Below, one piece after another: positions 28,980 to 38,002 of a stretch of DNA of 46,235 nt. Position 1 is the stretch's first letter; every line of letters begins with the position of its first letter. The notes beneath the pieces are model-generated. The model was not told the DNA's origin. It worked only from the letters and a program-made list of their open reading frames with translations, and made no database searches. Source of the DNA: Candidatus Omnitrophota bacterium. GTDB lineage: Bacteria > Omnitrophota > Gorgyraeia > Zapsychrales > Zapsychraceae. Position numbers and translations under genes: made by a program. The DNA lies in the NCBI GenBank assembly GCA_029567025.1, contig JAKQLT010000058.1, positions 1 through 46,235 on the forward strand. Reading direction: 5' to 3'.

Positions 28980-31436
28980 ATGAAAGATTGGACAACGCGA
29001 GAAAAAATAGTTCCGGTCAATATTGAAGAGGAAATGAAAAAATCTTATATGGCGTACTCCATGAGCGTTATTGTGGGGCGGGCTTTGCCGGATGTTCGTG
29101 ATGGATTAAAACCGGTTCATCGACGCGTGTTATACGCGATGAAAGAATTATCTTTAGAGTATGGCAAACCGTATAAGAAATGCGCGCGTATTGTCGGTGA
29201 GGTTTTAGGGAAATATCATCCGCATGGCGATGTGGCGGTTTATGAAACGCTGGTGCGTATGGTCCAGGATTTTTCTTTGCGTTATCCTTTGGTCGATGGT
29301 CAAGGCAACTTTGGCTCTGTCGATGGGGATTCGGCGGCCGCGATGCGTTATACTGAAGCGCGCATGGCCTCTGTCACGAATGAAATGCTTGCTGATATTG
29401 ATAAAGAAACCGTTGATTTTATGCCGAATTTTGATGCGTCGTTAAAAGAACCGGCGTTGTTACCAGCCGCTTTTCCTAATCTTTTGGTCAATGGGTCCAG
29501 CGGTATTGCCGTTGGGATGGCGACGAATATGCCTCCTCATAATTTGGGAGAAATTTGTGATGCGGTTGTTTCTGTGATTGAAAATCCCGAGACTGATATT
29601 AAGGCTTTGTGTAAAATTGTGAAAGGCCCAGATTTTCCGACGGCAGGAATTATTTGTGGCCGCGATGGTATTGCGGATGCTTATCAAACAGGACGTGGAA
29701 AAGTCCTTTTACGCGCGAAAGCCGTTATTGAAAAACAAAATAATAAGAAAGACTGCATTATTGTCTCGGAAATTCCGTATCAGGTCAATAAATCGAATTT
29801 GATTGCAACTATTGCTGGATTGGTTCAGGAAAAAAAGGTGGAAGGGATTACGGATATTCGTGACGAATCCAATAAAGAAGGTATTCGGATTGTTATCGAA
29901 TTACGCCGTGATGTTGAACCGCAAATTATTTTAAATTACCTTTATAAACACACACAATTAGAAACGACTTTTGGAATCATTAATTTGGCGCTTGTGAATA
30001 GTCAGCCTAAAGTCCTTAATTTAAAACAATTATTGCAATATTTTATTGATCATCGGCGCGTGATTGTTCGTCGTCGTACGGAATTTGATTTGTCCCGCGC
30101 TTTACGTCGAGCACATATTTTAGAGGGGTTGCGCATCGCGATCAAAGCGATTAACCAAATTATTAAAACGATTCGAGAGTCGAAAAGCACTGTTGAAGCG
30201 AAAGTCGCGTTAATGAAAGAATTTGGATTAACCGAAATTCAGGCCCAGTCCATTCTTGAAATGCAATTGCAGCGTTTAACAGCTCTTGAACGCGATAAAA
30301 TTGAAAATGAATATCAGGCGCTTTTAAAAGATATTGAGCATTATCGCGCCATTTTAGCGTCGGAAAAAATGATTGATGATATTATTAAAGAAGAAACCCA
30401 AGAGATTAAAAAGAAATACGCGGATGAGCGCCGCACGGAAATCGCAGGGAAAGCCGAAGATATTGAAGTCGAGGATTTGATTGCTGAAGAAGATATGGCG
30501 ATTACTATTTCCAATGAAGGTTATATCAAGCGTCTCGCTGTTTCAGCTTATCGTAAGCAAAAGCGCGGCGGTAAAGGTGTTTCCGCGATGACAACCAAAG
30601 AAGAAGATTTTGTCAAACAGCTTTTTGTGGCTTCTTCTAAAGATTATTTATTAATTTTTTCGAATGAAGGAACCGTGCGTTGGCTAAAAGTTTATGAAAT
30701 TCCTATAGCATCTCGCACGGCCAAGGGAAAAAATATTGTGAATCTTTTATCGATGGGAAAAGATGAAACAATTAGCTCTATCGTGGCAGTTAAAGAATTT
30801 GTTGATGATCAATTTATTGTCATGGCAACGGCCAAAGGAAATGTCAAAAAAACAAAATTATCCGCTTATAGTAATCCGCGTAAGAGCGGCATCGTCGGAA
30901 TAACATTAGAAAAAGGCGACGCGCTGGTCGGAACAGCATTAAGCAATGGCAGCCATGAAGTTTTATTAGCGACCAAACAAGGGAAAGCTCTTCGTTTTCC
31001 TGAAAAATTATTGCGCGATATGGGGCGAGGGGCTAAAGGCGTGCGCGGGATTCGTTTAGGGAAAGATGACGAGGTTGTTAGCATGCTTGTTTTTCCGTCG
31101 GACGTGAGTAAGACAGGAAGCACCTTATTAACGGCGATGTCTTTGGGCTTCGCGAAACGATCGGATTTCGAAGAATATCGTGTTCAGTCCCGAGGAGGAA
31201 AAGGGATTATTAACGTTAAGGTTACTGAACGCAACGGTTATGTGGTCGGTGTTTTGTCTGTTATGCCGGAAGATGAAATTATGGCAGTAACGAAAAATGG
31301 TATGATGGTGCGATGTCCGCCGAATGAAATCCGTCAAACAGGACGCAGTACACAAGGTGTGAAATTGATGAATTTGGATAAAGGCGATATGATTATGTCT
31401 GTGGCTATTATTGCGGCGAAAGAAGACGAAGAATAG
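28980..31436 (+). CDS. gyrA: DNA gyrase subunit A
   Basis: Active-site region [15 protein letters not shown] motif and C-terminal beta-pinwheel repeats. Confidence 0.96.
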   Translation: MKDWTTREKIVPVNIEEEMKKSYMAYSMSVIVGRALPDVRDGLKPVHRRVLYAMKELSLEYGKPYKKCARIVGEVLGKYHPHGDVAVYETLVRMVQDFSLRYPLVDGQGNFGSVDGDSAAAMRYTEARMASVTNEMLADIDKETVDFMPNFDASLKEPALLPAAFPNLLVNGSSGIAVGMATNMPPHNLGEICDAVVSVIENPETDIKALCKIVKGPDFPTAGIICGRDGIADAYQTGRGKVLLRAKAVIEKQNNKKDCIIVSEIPYQVNKSNLIATIAGLVQEKKVEGITDIRDESNKEGIRIVIELRRDVEPQIILNYLYKHTQLETTFGIINLALVNSQPKVLNLKQLLQYFIDHRRVIVRRRTEFDLSRALRRAHILEGLRIAIKAINQIIKTIRESKSTVEAKVALMKEFGLTEIQAQSILEMQLQRLTALERDKIENEYQALLKDIEHYRAILASEKMIDDIIKEETQEIKKKYADERRTEIAGKAEDIEVEDLIAEEDMAITISNEGYIKRLAVSAYRKQKRGGKGVSAMTTKEEDFVKQLFVASSKDYLLIFSNEGTVRWLKVYEIPIASRTAKGKNIVNLLSMGKDETISSIVAVKEFVDDQFIVMATAKGNVKKTKLSAYSNPRKSGIVGITLEKGDALVGTALSNGSHEVLLATKQGKALRFPEKLLRDMGRGAKGVRGIRLGKDDEVVSMLVFPSDVSKTGSTLLTAMSLGFAKRSDFEEYRVQSRGGKGIINVKVTERNGYVVGVLSVMPEDEIMAVTKNGMMVRCPPNEIRQTGRSTQGVKLMNLDKGDMIMSVAIIAAKEDEE

Positions 31437-31514
31437 GTCGTGTTTTTTTACTTGACCGATAACCAAACTTTCATATAATAGTGCCGCTTTATTATAGATT
31501 TTTATTTTTTTTAT

Positions 31515-31588
31515 GACCCCATCGTCTAGCCTGGTCAGGACACAAGCTTTTCAAGCTTGCAGCGCGGGTTCAAATCCCGCTGGGGTCG
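31515..31588 (+). tRNA. tRNA-Glu (anticodon UUC)
   Basis: gaccccatcgtctagcctggtcaggacacaagctttTTCaagcttgcagcgcgggttcaaatcccgctggggtcg has a 7-bp acceptor stem and a TTCAAAT T-loop. Confidence 0.88.
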
Positions 31589-31596
31589 TTAATAAT

Positions 31597-31626
31597 TCCT
31601 TCGTGTAAAAAACGGAGGATTTTTTA
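31597..31626 (+). terminator. Rho-independent terminator after tRNA-Glu
   Basis: Stem tccttcg / cggagga (7 bp including one G-U), 9-nt loop, then TTTTTTATTT. Confidence 0.6.
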
Positions 31627-31668
31627 TTTATGGGTAAGAATAGCGGTTATATAAAATTATTAATCATA

Positions 31669-31697
31669 TTGAAACAATATTTTTTTAGACGTATAAT
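31669..31697 (+). promoter_or_regulatory. Sigma70-like promoter for the PilZ::PilT gene
   Basis: TTGAAA (31669-31674), 17-nt spacer, TATAAT (31692-31697). Confidence 0.5.
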
Positions 31698-31728
31698 AAA
31701 AATAAAAAAAAATACTTAGGACAAGAAT

Positions 31729-33117
31729 ATGGCAGAAATTTTAAGTAAAAAAAGCAGAAAAACACCTCGTCGAAAAATTCGTATTCCTGTGGTTTGCTGG
31801 GATGGCCGCGATGAACAACGCCAGGGGCAAGGAAAAGAATTATTGATAAGGGATTTAAGCGCGGATGGCATTGGCTTTATGTCGAAACAAATTTATACCG
31901 TGGGGACCCTGTTATTTATTGATATGTATTTGCCTAAACGGAAGAAACCTGTATCGTGCCAAATTAAAGTTGTTTTTGTGAAAGCCCTTTTGCAAACAGC
32001 TGATTATGTGATGGGCGCGTCTTTTGTCAATTTATCCGATGAAGATAAGCAGTTTATTATTTTTTCTTTAGAAAAAATGGATTTTTATCTTTTATTAGAA
32101 AGTATGGTTAAGGGCGGGGCGTCTGATTTGCATTTGACAGTTGGCCGTCCTCCAATGGTTCGACGAGATGGACGTATTTTAGCGATGGCGACTGATCCTT
32201 TAGAAGAAGGGGAAGTTGAGGCCATGCTGTATCCTTTATTATCCGATGAGCAGATTCAGAATTTTAAACGAACAAAAGAATTAGATTTTGGTTTCTCTCC
32301 GAATGTAGATTGCCGTTTTCGCGTGAATATGCATTGGCAAAAAGGTTTTGTCGAAGCGGCTATTCGTAATATTCCAACGGATATTAAAACGTTTGAGGAA
32401 TTGGGCTTAGCGACTAAACAAATGGAAGGATTTTGTCAGGATCTTTCCGGATTATTTTTAATCGCCGGGACAACCGGATCTGGAAAAACAACCACCATGG
32501 CGTCCATGATTAATTTTATCAATCATAATCAGAAAAAAGTTATTATTACTATTGAAGACCCCGTGGAATATATTTTTAAGAGTGCGCAAAGCGTAATTAA
32601 ACAAAGAGAATTAGGAAGCGATACGCAGTCGTATGCCGAGGCGTTAAGGCGCGCTTTACGCCAAGATCCTGATGTGTTGTGTGTGGGAGAAATTTTGGAC
32701 GCCGAATGTTTAAAGGCCGCGTTACGCGCCGCGGAGACAGGGCATTTTGTCATTTCAACCATTCACGCTCCGGATACCGTTTCAGCGATTGAACGCGCGG
32801 TTAATTTTTTCCCGCCGGAACATGCCATGGCAATTCGCCAACAATTAGCGACAGCGCTCAAAGCGGTTTTATTTCAAATTCTTTTGCCGCGCAAAGATCA
32901 AAAAGGACGTGTTTTAGCAACAGAATTGTTAATTAACAATAGCGCGATTAAGAATTTAATTCGTGAAGGTAAGGGGATGCTTATGGGAAGCGTTTTGCAG
33001 ACCGGCAAGACTTTAGGGATGCATACGTTACAAAATTCTTTAGAAGAATTATTCAAAAAGGGATTGATCGACGAAGAAACCGTTTTGAGTCTTACCAGCC
33101 GAGAGCACGCGCTTTAA
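31729..33117 (+). CDS. PilZ-domain::PilT-like type IV pilus retraction ATPase fusion
   Basis: The N-terminal ~110 aa carry RxxxR (RRKIR, 14-18) and DxSxxG (DLSADG, 42-47). The remainder is PilT-like: ASDLHLTVGRPP, Walker A GTTGSGKTT, DPDVLCVGEI, TGHFVISTIHA and the PilT signature AIKNLIREGK. Confidence 0.85.
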   Translation: MAEILSKKSRKTPRRKIRIPVVCWDGRDEQRQGQGKELLIRDLSADGIGFMSKQIYTVGTLLFIDMYLPKRKKPVSCQIKVVFVKALLQTADYVMGASFVNLSDEDKQFIIFSLEKMDFYLLLESMVKGGASDLHLTVGRPPMVRRDGRILAMATDPLEEGEVEAMLYPLLSDEQIQNFKRTKELDFGFSPNVDCRFRVNMHWQKGFVEAAIRNIPTDIKTFEELGLATKQMEGFCQDLSGLFLIAGTTGSGKTTTMASMINFINHNQKKVIITIEDPVEYIFKSAQSVIKQRELGSDTQSYAEALRRALRQDPDVLCVGEILDAECLKAALRAAETGHFVISTIHAPDTVSAIERAVNFFPPEHAMAIRQQLATALKAVLFQILLPRKDQKGRVLATELLINNSAIKNLIREGKGMLMGSVLQTGKTLGMHTLQNSLEELFKKGLIDEETVLSLTSREHAL

Positions 33118-33163
33118 AGCTTTTTCATCTTTTTTATCAAAAAATATTTTAATATTTATTGCT

Positions 33164-34159
33164 ATGCGCTTACGCCAAAAAAGAATTCATTATGATGTTG
33201 TTTTTTATGAAGTATATGATCAGGAACGAGATTTTTTGCAACATATGTTGCCTCGTCATATCAAAGCGCGCTATGTGCCGCAAACGATTCAAGAATGCCA
33301 TGATAATTATCCGTTGTCATCATTGATTAGTATTCGAACACAATCCCGAATCCCTTTATCATGGGCAAAAAATCTTTCTGGGATTTTAGCGCGTACGCAA
33401 GGATATGATCATTTAGCGGCTTATCAGCAAAAAGTGCAAAGTCATATAGCTTGCGGTTATTTAGGTCCGTATTGTTCTCGGGCCGTCGCGGAACATGCGA
33501 TAATGAGCATGATGCTTTTATGGCGTCAGGCAAAAAAACAAATAAGGCATTTTAATACTTTTTTACGCGATGGATTAATGGGGCAAAATTGTTCTTGTCG
33601 TCGGGCTTTAGTGGTGGGCGTGGGGCATATTGGTTCTCAGATTGTTGATATGGCGCGCGGGTTACGGATGGAGGTACGAGGCGTAGATATTCAAAAAAGA
33701 TTGAAAAATTTACAATATGTTTTTTTAAAAAAGGGAATTCTTTGGGCGGATGTTGTTTTTTGTGCTTTGCCACTGACGGATCAAACGAACAAAATGTTGA
33801 ATTATGCGACATTAAAATATTTAAAAAAAGGCGCTCTTTTTATTAATATTTCTCGAGGAGAAATATCTCCCATTCAGGATTTAAAACGCCTTTTATCGCA
33901 AAAGATTTTAGGTGGATTAAGCTTGGATGTTTATGAGCAAGAAAGTCTTTTAGCGGATTATTTAAGAGGGCATAGCAAAAAAAAGAATCGCGTTATTAAA
34001 ACAATCTTATCTTTAAAAGATCGCGACAATGTTTTATTAACGCCGCATAATGCGTTTAATACAGAGCAGGCGTTAAGGCAAAAAACAGCAATGACTGTAG
34101 GGTCGGTAGTTTCTTTTTTAAAAACAAAAAAATTTCCCTATCCTGTGAGGATATTATAA
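33164..34159 (+). CDS. D-isomer-specific 2-hydroxyacid dehydrogenase family protein
   Basis: NAD-binding VVGVGHIGSQIV, plus NISRG, LDVYEQE and TPHNAFNT motifs. Confidence 0.8.
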   Translation: MRLRQKRIHYDVVFYEVYDQERDFLQHMLPRHIKARYVPQTIQECHDNYPLSSLISIRTQSRIPLSWAKNLSGILARTQGYDHLAAYQQKVQSHIACGYLGPYCSRAVAEHAIMSMMLLWRQAKKQIRHFNTFLRDGLMGQNCSCRRALVVGVGHIGSQIVDMARGLRMEVRGVDIQKRLKNLQYVFLKKGILWADVVFCALPLTDQTNKMLNYATLKYLKKGALFINISRGEISPIQDLKRLLSQKILGGLSLDVYEQESLLADYLRGHSKKKNRVIKTILSLKDRDNVLLTPHNAFNTEQALRQKTAMTVGSVVSFLKTKKFPYPVRIL

Positions 34160-34962
34160 TGAAAGTCGCTGTTATTCAATTGCGCGTAGAGAACGAGATA
34201 GAAAAAAATATCGCAAAGGCCATGGCCGCGGTTCGTCGCGCGATAGCGCAGCGGGCCACATTTATTCTTTTGCCTGAACTTTTTATTTTTAGTGGCGTGG
34301 TAAGAGAAAAAGCTGTTTCAGAGATAGCGGAAGATATTTATGGGGCAACAACAAAAATTTTTTCCGCTATGGCTCGTCGTTATAAGGCCTATATTTTATT
34401 AGGATCTATTTTGGAAAAAATTAAAAAAAAATCAAAAGTATATAACACTTCTATTTTATTAGATGATCACGGTTGTGTCGCAGGCATCTATCGCAAAAAA
34501 CATCTTTTTAAGGCTGTCATTAAAAAGAAAAATATTGATGAGTCTCGTTATTTTTTAAGCGGCCAGCATCAGGTTATGTCGAAAGTCAAAGAATTTCGAG
34601 TTGGGTTATCGACCTGTTTTGATGTGCGTTTTCCGCGTATGTATCAGGATTATAAAAATAAAAAGGCAGATATTTTGTGTATTCCGTCGGCATTTACGCG
34701 TGAAACAGGTTTGGCTCATTGGGAAGTTTTATTGCGCGCCCGTGCGATTGAAGGGCTCTGTTATGTCTTAGCGCCAAATCAGGTAGGATGTGATGGCCAA
34801 GGCATTTTGCGTTATGGCCATAGTATGATTATTGATCCGTGGGGAAAAATTTTAGCGCGCGCTTCCGATCGACAAGAAGATATTATTTATGCTGATTTAC
34901 ATAAAAAAAATATTATAAAAAAAAGGAGAATATTATTCTCTGTAATGACAAAGGACAGCTGA
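34159..34962 (+). CDS. Carbon-nitrogen hydrolase (nitrilase superfamily)
   Basis: Candidate E-K-C triad contexts LPELF, YRKKHLF and STCFDVRFP. The start overlaps the upstream stop. Confidence 0.8.
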   Translation: MKVAVIQLRVENEIEKNIAKAMAAVRRAIAQRATFILLPELFIFSGVVREKAVSEIAEDIYGATTKIFSAMARRYKAYILLGSILEKIKKKSKVYNTSILLDDHGCVAGIYRKKHLFKAVIKKKNIDESRYFLSGQHQVMSKVKEFRVGLSTCFDVRFPRMYQDYKNKKADILCIPSAFTRETGLAHWEVLLRARAIEGLCYVLAPNQVGCDGQGILRYGHSMIIDPWGKILARASDRQEDIIYADLHKKNIIKKRRILFSVMTKDS

Positions 34963-35948
34963 TGATAAAAAAAACTATTAGAGTTGCTGTGACAGGTGCG
35001 GCGGGACAAATTGGCTACGCGCTTTTGTTTCGCATAGCTTCCGGCGAGATGTTTGGGCTTGAAACCGAAATTGAATTGCAATTATTAGAGTTGCCGGGCG
35101 CTTTATCTGCGTTAGAAGGGGTTGCGATGGAGCTGCAAGACGGCGCGTTTCCTTTATTAAAATCTGTTATAAAAACAGATGATCCTCGTCGATCGTTTGA
35201 AGGTGTTGATTGGGCTTTATTGGTCGGCAGCGTTCCGCGTAAGGCGGGTATGGAACGCAAAGATCTTTTACAGATTAATGGACGTATTTTTATAGAACAA
35301 GGACGCGCTTTATCCGAAGTTGCCAATCCAACTTGTAAAGTTTTGGTTATTGGAAATCCGTGTAATACCAACGCTTATATTGCGAAAACAGCGTGTCGGA
35401 ATATTCCAGAAAAGAATTTTTTTGCGCTTATGATGTTAGACCAAAATCGTGCTTGTGCTCTTTTAGCCCAAAAGGCAGGATGCCGTATTACATATATTAA
35501 AAATATGATTGTTTGGGGGAATCATTCTTCGACTCAATTTCCGAATTTTTATGATGCCACGATTAAAGGAAAAGAAGCGTATGATGTCTTAGATGAAAAA
35601 TGGCTTCAAACAGAATTTTTAACTCAAGTGCAACAACGGGGCGCTGAAATTATTAAAGCGCGCGGCATGTCTTCAGCGGCATCAGCGGCGCAAGCCGTTA
35701 TTGAAACTGTAAAAAATATTTATCATCCGATTTTAAAAAATGAATGTTTTTCTGTTGCCGTTGCGTCTGATGGCAGTTATGGAATTGAAAAAGGCCTGAT
35801 GTTTGGTTTTCCGGTTTTATGTAGTCAAGGCGATTGGCATATTGCTCAAAATATTTCAATGAATCATCCTTTTATTAAGGAAAAGATGGATAACACCTAT
35901 CAAGAGCTTTTAGCAGAAAAAAAAGCCGTAGAAGACATTTTGTTATAG
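34962..35948 (+). CDS. mdh: Malate dehydrogenase (NAD-dependent, long-type MDH)
   Basis: [27 protein letters not shown].., GNPCNTNA, and the substrate-Arg and catalytic-His regions are typical of this MDH class. Confidence 0.88.
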   Translation: MIKKTIRVAVTGAAGQIGYALLFRIASGEMFGLETEIELQLLELPGALSALEGVAMELQDGAFPLLKSVIKTDDPRRSFEGVDWALLVGSVPRKAGMERKDLLQINGRIFIEQGRALSEVANPTCKVLVIGNPCNTNAYIAKTACRNIPEKNFFALMMLDQNRACALLAQKAGCRITYIKNMIVWGNHSSTQFPNFYDATIKGKEAYDVLDEKWLQTEFLTQVQQRGAEIIKARGMSSAASAAQAVIETVKNIYHPILKNECFSVAVASDGSYGIEKGLMFGFPVLCSQGDWHIAQNISMNHPFIKEKMDNTYQELLAEKKAVEDILL

Positions 35949-36149
35949 AATATTTTTTAAAAAAAATATCAAAAATTTATATAATTCTATTAGACCGTGA
36001 TTTTAAACTATGATAGGATTTTAAAGGGTCATCGTGTTTTTTAATTTAAAATAAAGGCGTTGTCCTTGTTTTTTTTGAAAAATGTATTATACTTTAACGA
36101 CATTTTCCTTATATATTAAAAAGATATTTAATGAGAGGGGTTTTGAAAG

Positions 36150-37112
36150 ATGAGATATTCTAAAAATTTTTGTGTTAGTGTCGCTATTTTATCTATTGCC
36201 TTGTTTTTAACAGGATGTGATCAATTAAAAGCTTTTCAAGAATATTTTAGTAAGAAGTCCCAATCCAAACAAGCTGTTGTTGAACAGCCGCAAGCTGTGC
36301 CTGCTGTTACTCAAGAAATTCCTCTTGGCCCTTTACCTGCTAATGTCTTAGCCCGTGTTGGCACATGGACCATGACAATGGATGATTTTAAAGAAAAATT
36401 AAATAATTTAAAACAAGCGATGCCGGATTTTGATATTACAACGGAAGAAAATCAGAAAGCTGTTTTAGATGAATTGGTGAATCAGCAGATTTTGGTTGTT
36501 GAAGCTGAGAATAAACGATTGTCTTATGATAAAGAAGTTTTCAAGGCATTAGAAGAATTTAGGCGAACGATCCTTGTTCAAAAAATGGTTTCGGATATGG
36601 TTGAGAATATTAAAGTGACAGAGGCCGAAGCGCAAGCATTATATAATGAACGTAAAGATTTTTTTGTTGAGCCTATTGAGCTTCATGTGAGAGAAATTGT
36701 TATGGATTCGCAAGCAAAAGCGAAAGAAGTCCTCGTTGATCTTTTAAAAGGCGGGGATTTTGCCGAAGCCGCGAAACAATATTCTAAAGGAAAAACAGCC
36801 GCGCAAGGCGGTGATTTAGGTTTTATCACGCAAGTTTCTTTTCCGGAAATGGGCAATGCCCTTATGGCGCTGGATGTCGGCGGCGTTAGTAATGTTTTTA
36901 AAGGCCCGGATGGATTTTATATTGTGAAAGTCGAGGAAAAAAAGGGCGGAGCCCAAGTTCCTTTTGAGAAAATCAAAGACGAGATTATAAGAAATATGAC
37001 ATTATCAAAACAACAGCAAACCGTTTTAGATTATATTGCCCAATTGCGCCAGAAAACAAAAATTGATATTAATCAAGACCTTTTAAAATCCTTATTACAG
37101 GAGAAGAAATAA
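36150..37112 (+). CDS. PpiC/parvulin-type peptidyl-prolyl isomerase lipoprotein (PrsA/SurA-like)
   Basis: Lipobox LFLTGC. Parvulin core FAEAAKQYSKGKTAAQGGDLGFI..GPDGFYIVKV. The stop overlaps the cpaB start (TAATG). Confidence 0.82.
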   Translation: MRYSKNFCVSVAILSIALFLTGCDQLKAFQEYFSKKSQSKQAVVEQPQAVPAVTQEIPLGPLPANVLARVGTWTMTMDDFKEKLNNLKQAMPDFDITTEENQKAVLDELVNQQILVVEAENKRLSYDKEVFKALEEFRRTILVQKMVSDMVENIKVTEAEAQALYNERKDFFVEPIELHVREIVMDSQAKAKEVLVDLLKGGDFAEAAKQYSKGKTAAQGGDLGFITQVSFPEMGNALMALDVGGVSNVFKGPDGFYIVKVEEKKGGAQVPFEKIKDEIIRNMTLSKQQQTVLDYIAQLRQKTKIDINQDLLKSLLQEKK

Positions 37113-37984
37113 TGTTTAATATAGAAAATAAAAAACAATTTGCGATTATTTTATTAGCGGTTGGTTTAGGATTGTTTGCAGCTTTTCTTACAAGCCAGTA
37201 CATTAAAAATAGTATTACCGAGCAAACAAAGACTTTTGCGCAATCGTATGTCCAAAGTAATATGGAGAAAGAACAACAATTACAACAACAAATTGAAATG
37301 TTGCGCGCACAAATGGCTCAGGAAATTCAAAGAGTGGCTCAAGAAGCGGCTCAGCAGGCCGCGGCGCAACAAGCTCAGCAACAAGTTGTTACCAAAACAG
37401 AAGAAAAAGAAGTTCGTCAAGAAGCTTTTTCTGTGCGTATGCCAAAAGGCAAAAGAGCATTAACTGTTCTTATTGACTCTTTGTCTGCAGTCGGCGGTCT
37501 TATTAAAGCTGGTGATTTGGTTGATATTATTGCGCATTTAAAAGTGCCAGATATTACAAAAGATAAAGACAGAGAAATTGTCAAAGTTGATGATGTAACC
37601 ACTATTTTATTCCAGAAAATTTTAGTTCTTTCTGTGAATACGAACTTCGATGATATGACGCCACCAGATTATGTGCAACAGCAACAAGCTGGACGATTGA
37701 ATATTACTTTAGCGTTGGAACCTGAAGCCGCGGCTTTATTGACATTTGCTCAGAAAAATGGTCAATTACAATTTACATTGCGTGCGCCGGATGAAAAAGA
37801 AACAGGTGTTTTTAAAGTTGCGTCATGGCAAGCGTTATCCGATTTTGTATTAGAACATCAAGGAACACGGCTTAAAGTTCCTCGTGATAAAATAAATACA
37901 GCGACTCCTGTTGTAACAACAGAAATAGAAAAAGAACCTGAGCCTGTTATAAAAATTTTTAAATCAGGACAAGCGGTTCAATAA
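37112..37984 (+). CDS. cpaB: Flp pilus assembly protein CpaB/RcpC-like with a Gln-rich coiled-coil insert
   Basis: N-terminal TM helix. CpaB-type core (MPKGKRALTVLIDSLSAVGGLIKAGDLVDII.. ..ILVLSVN.. ..ITLALEPEAAALLTFAQKNGQLQFTLR). Preceded by EQQLQQQIEMLRAQMAQEIQRVAQEAAQQAAAQQAQQQ. Confidence 0.8.
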   Translation: MFNIENKKQFAIILLAVGLGLFAAFLTSQYIKNSITEQTKTFAQSYVQSNMEKEQQLQQQIEMLRAQMAQEIQRVAQEAAQQAAAQQAQQQVVTKTEEKEVRQEAFSVRMPKGKRALTVLIDSLSAVGGLIKAGDLVDIIAHLKVPDITKDKDREIVKVDDVTTILFQKILVLSVNTNFDDMTPPDYVQQQQAGRLNITLALEPEAAALLTFAQKNGQLQFTLRAPDEKETGVFKVASWQALSDFVLEHQGTRLKVPRDKINTATPVVTTEIEKEPEPVIKIFKSGQAVQ

Positions 37985-38002
37985 AAAATAAGGGATATAA
38001 TC

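Noticed and set aside
37176-37463. 95-aa highly basic (K/R-rich) ORF overlapping cpaB in another frame
   Set aside because: It is produced by frame-shifted reading of the CAA/CAG/GCN-rich coiled-coil segment of cpaB. It has no RBS, and the cpaB frame has the conserved motifs.
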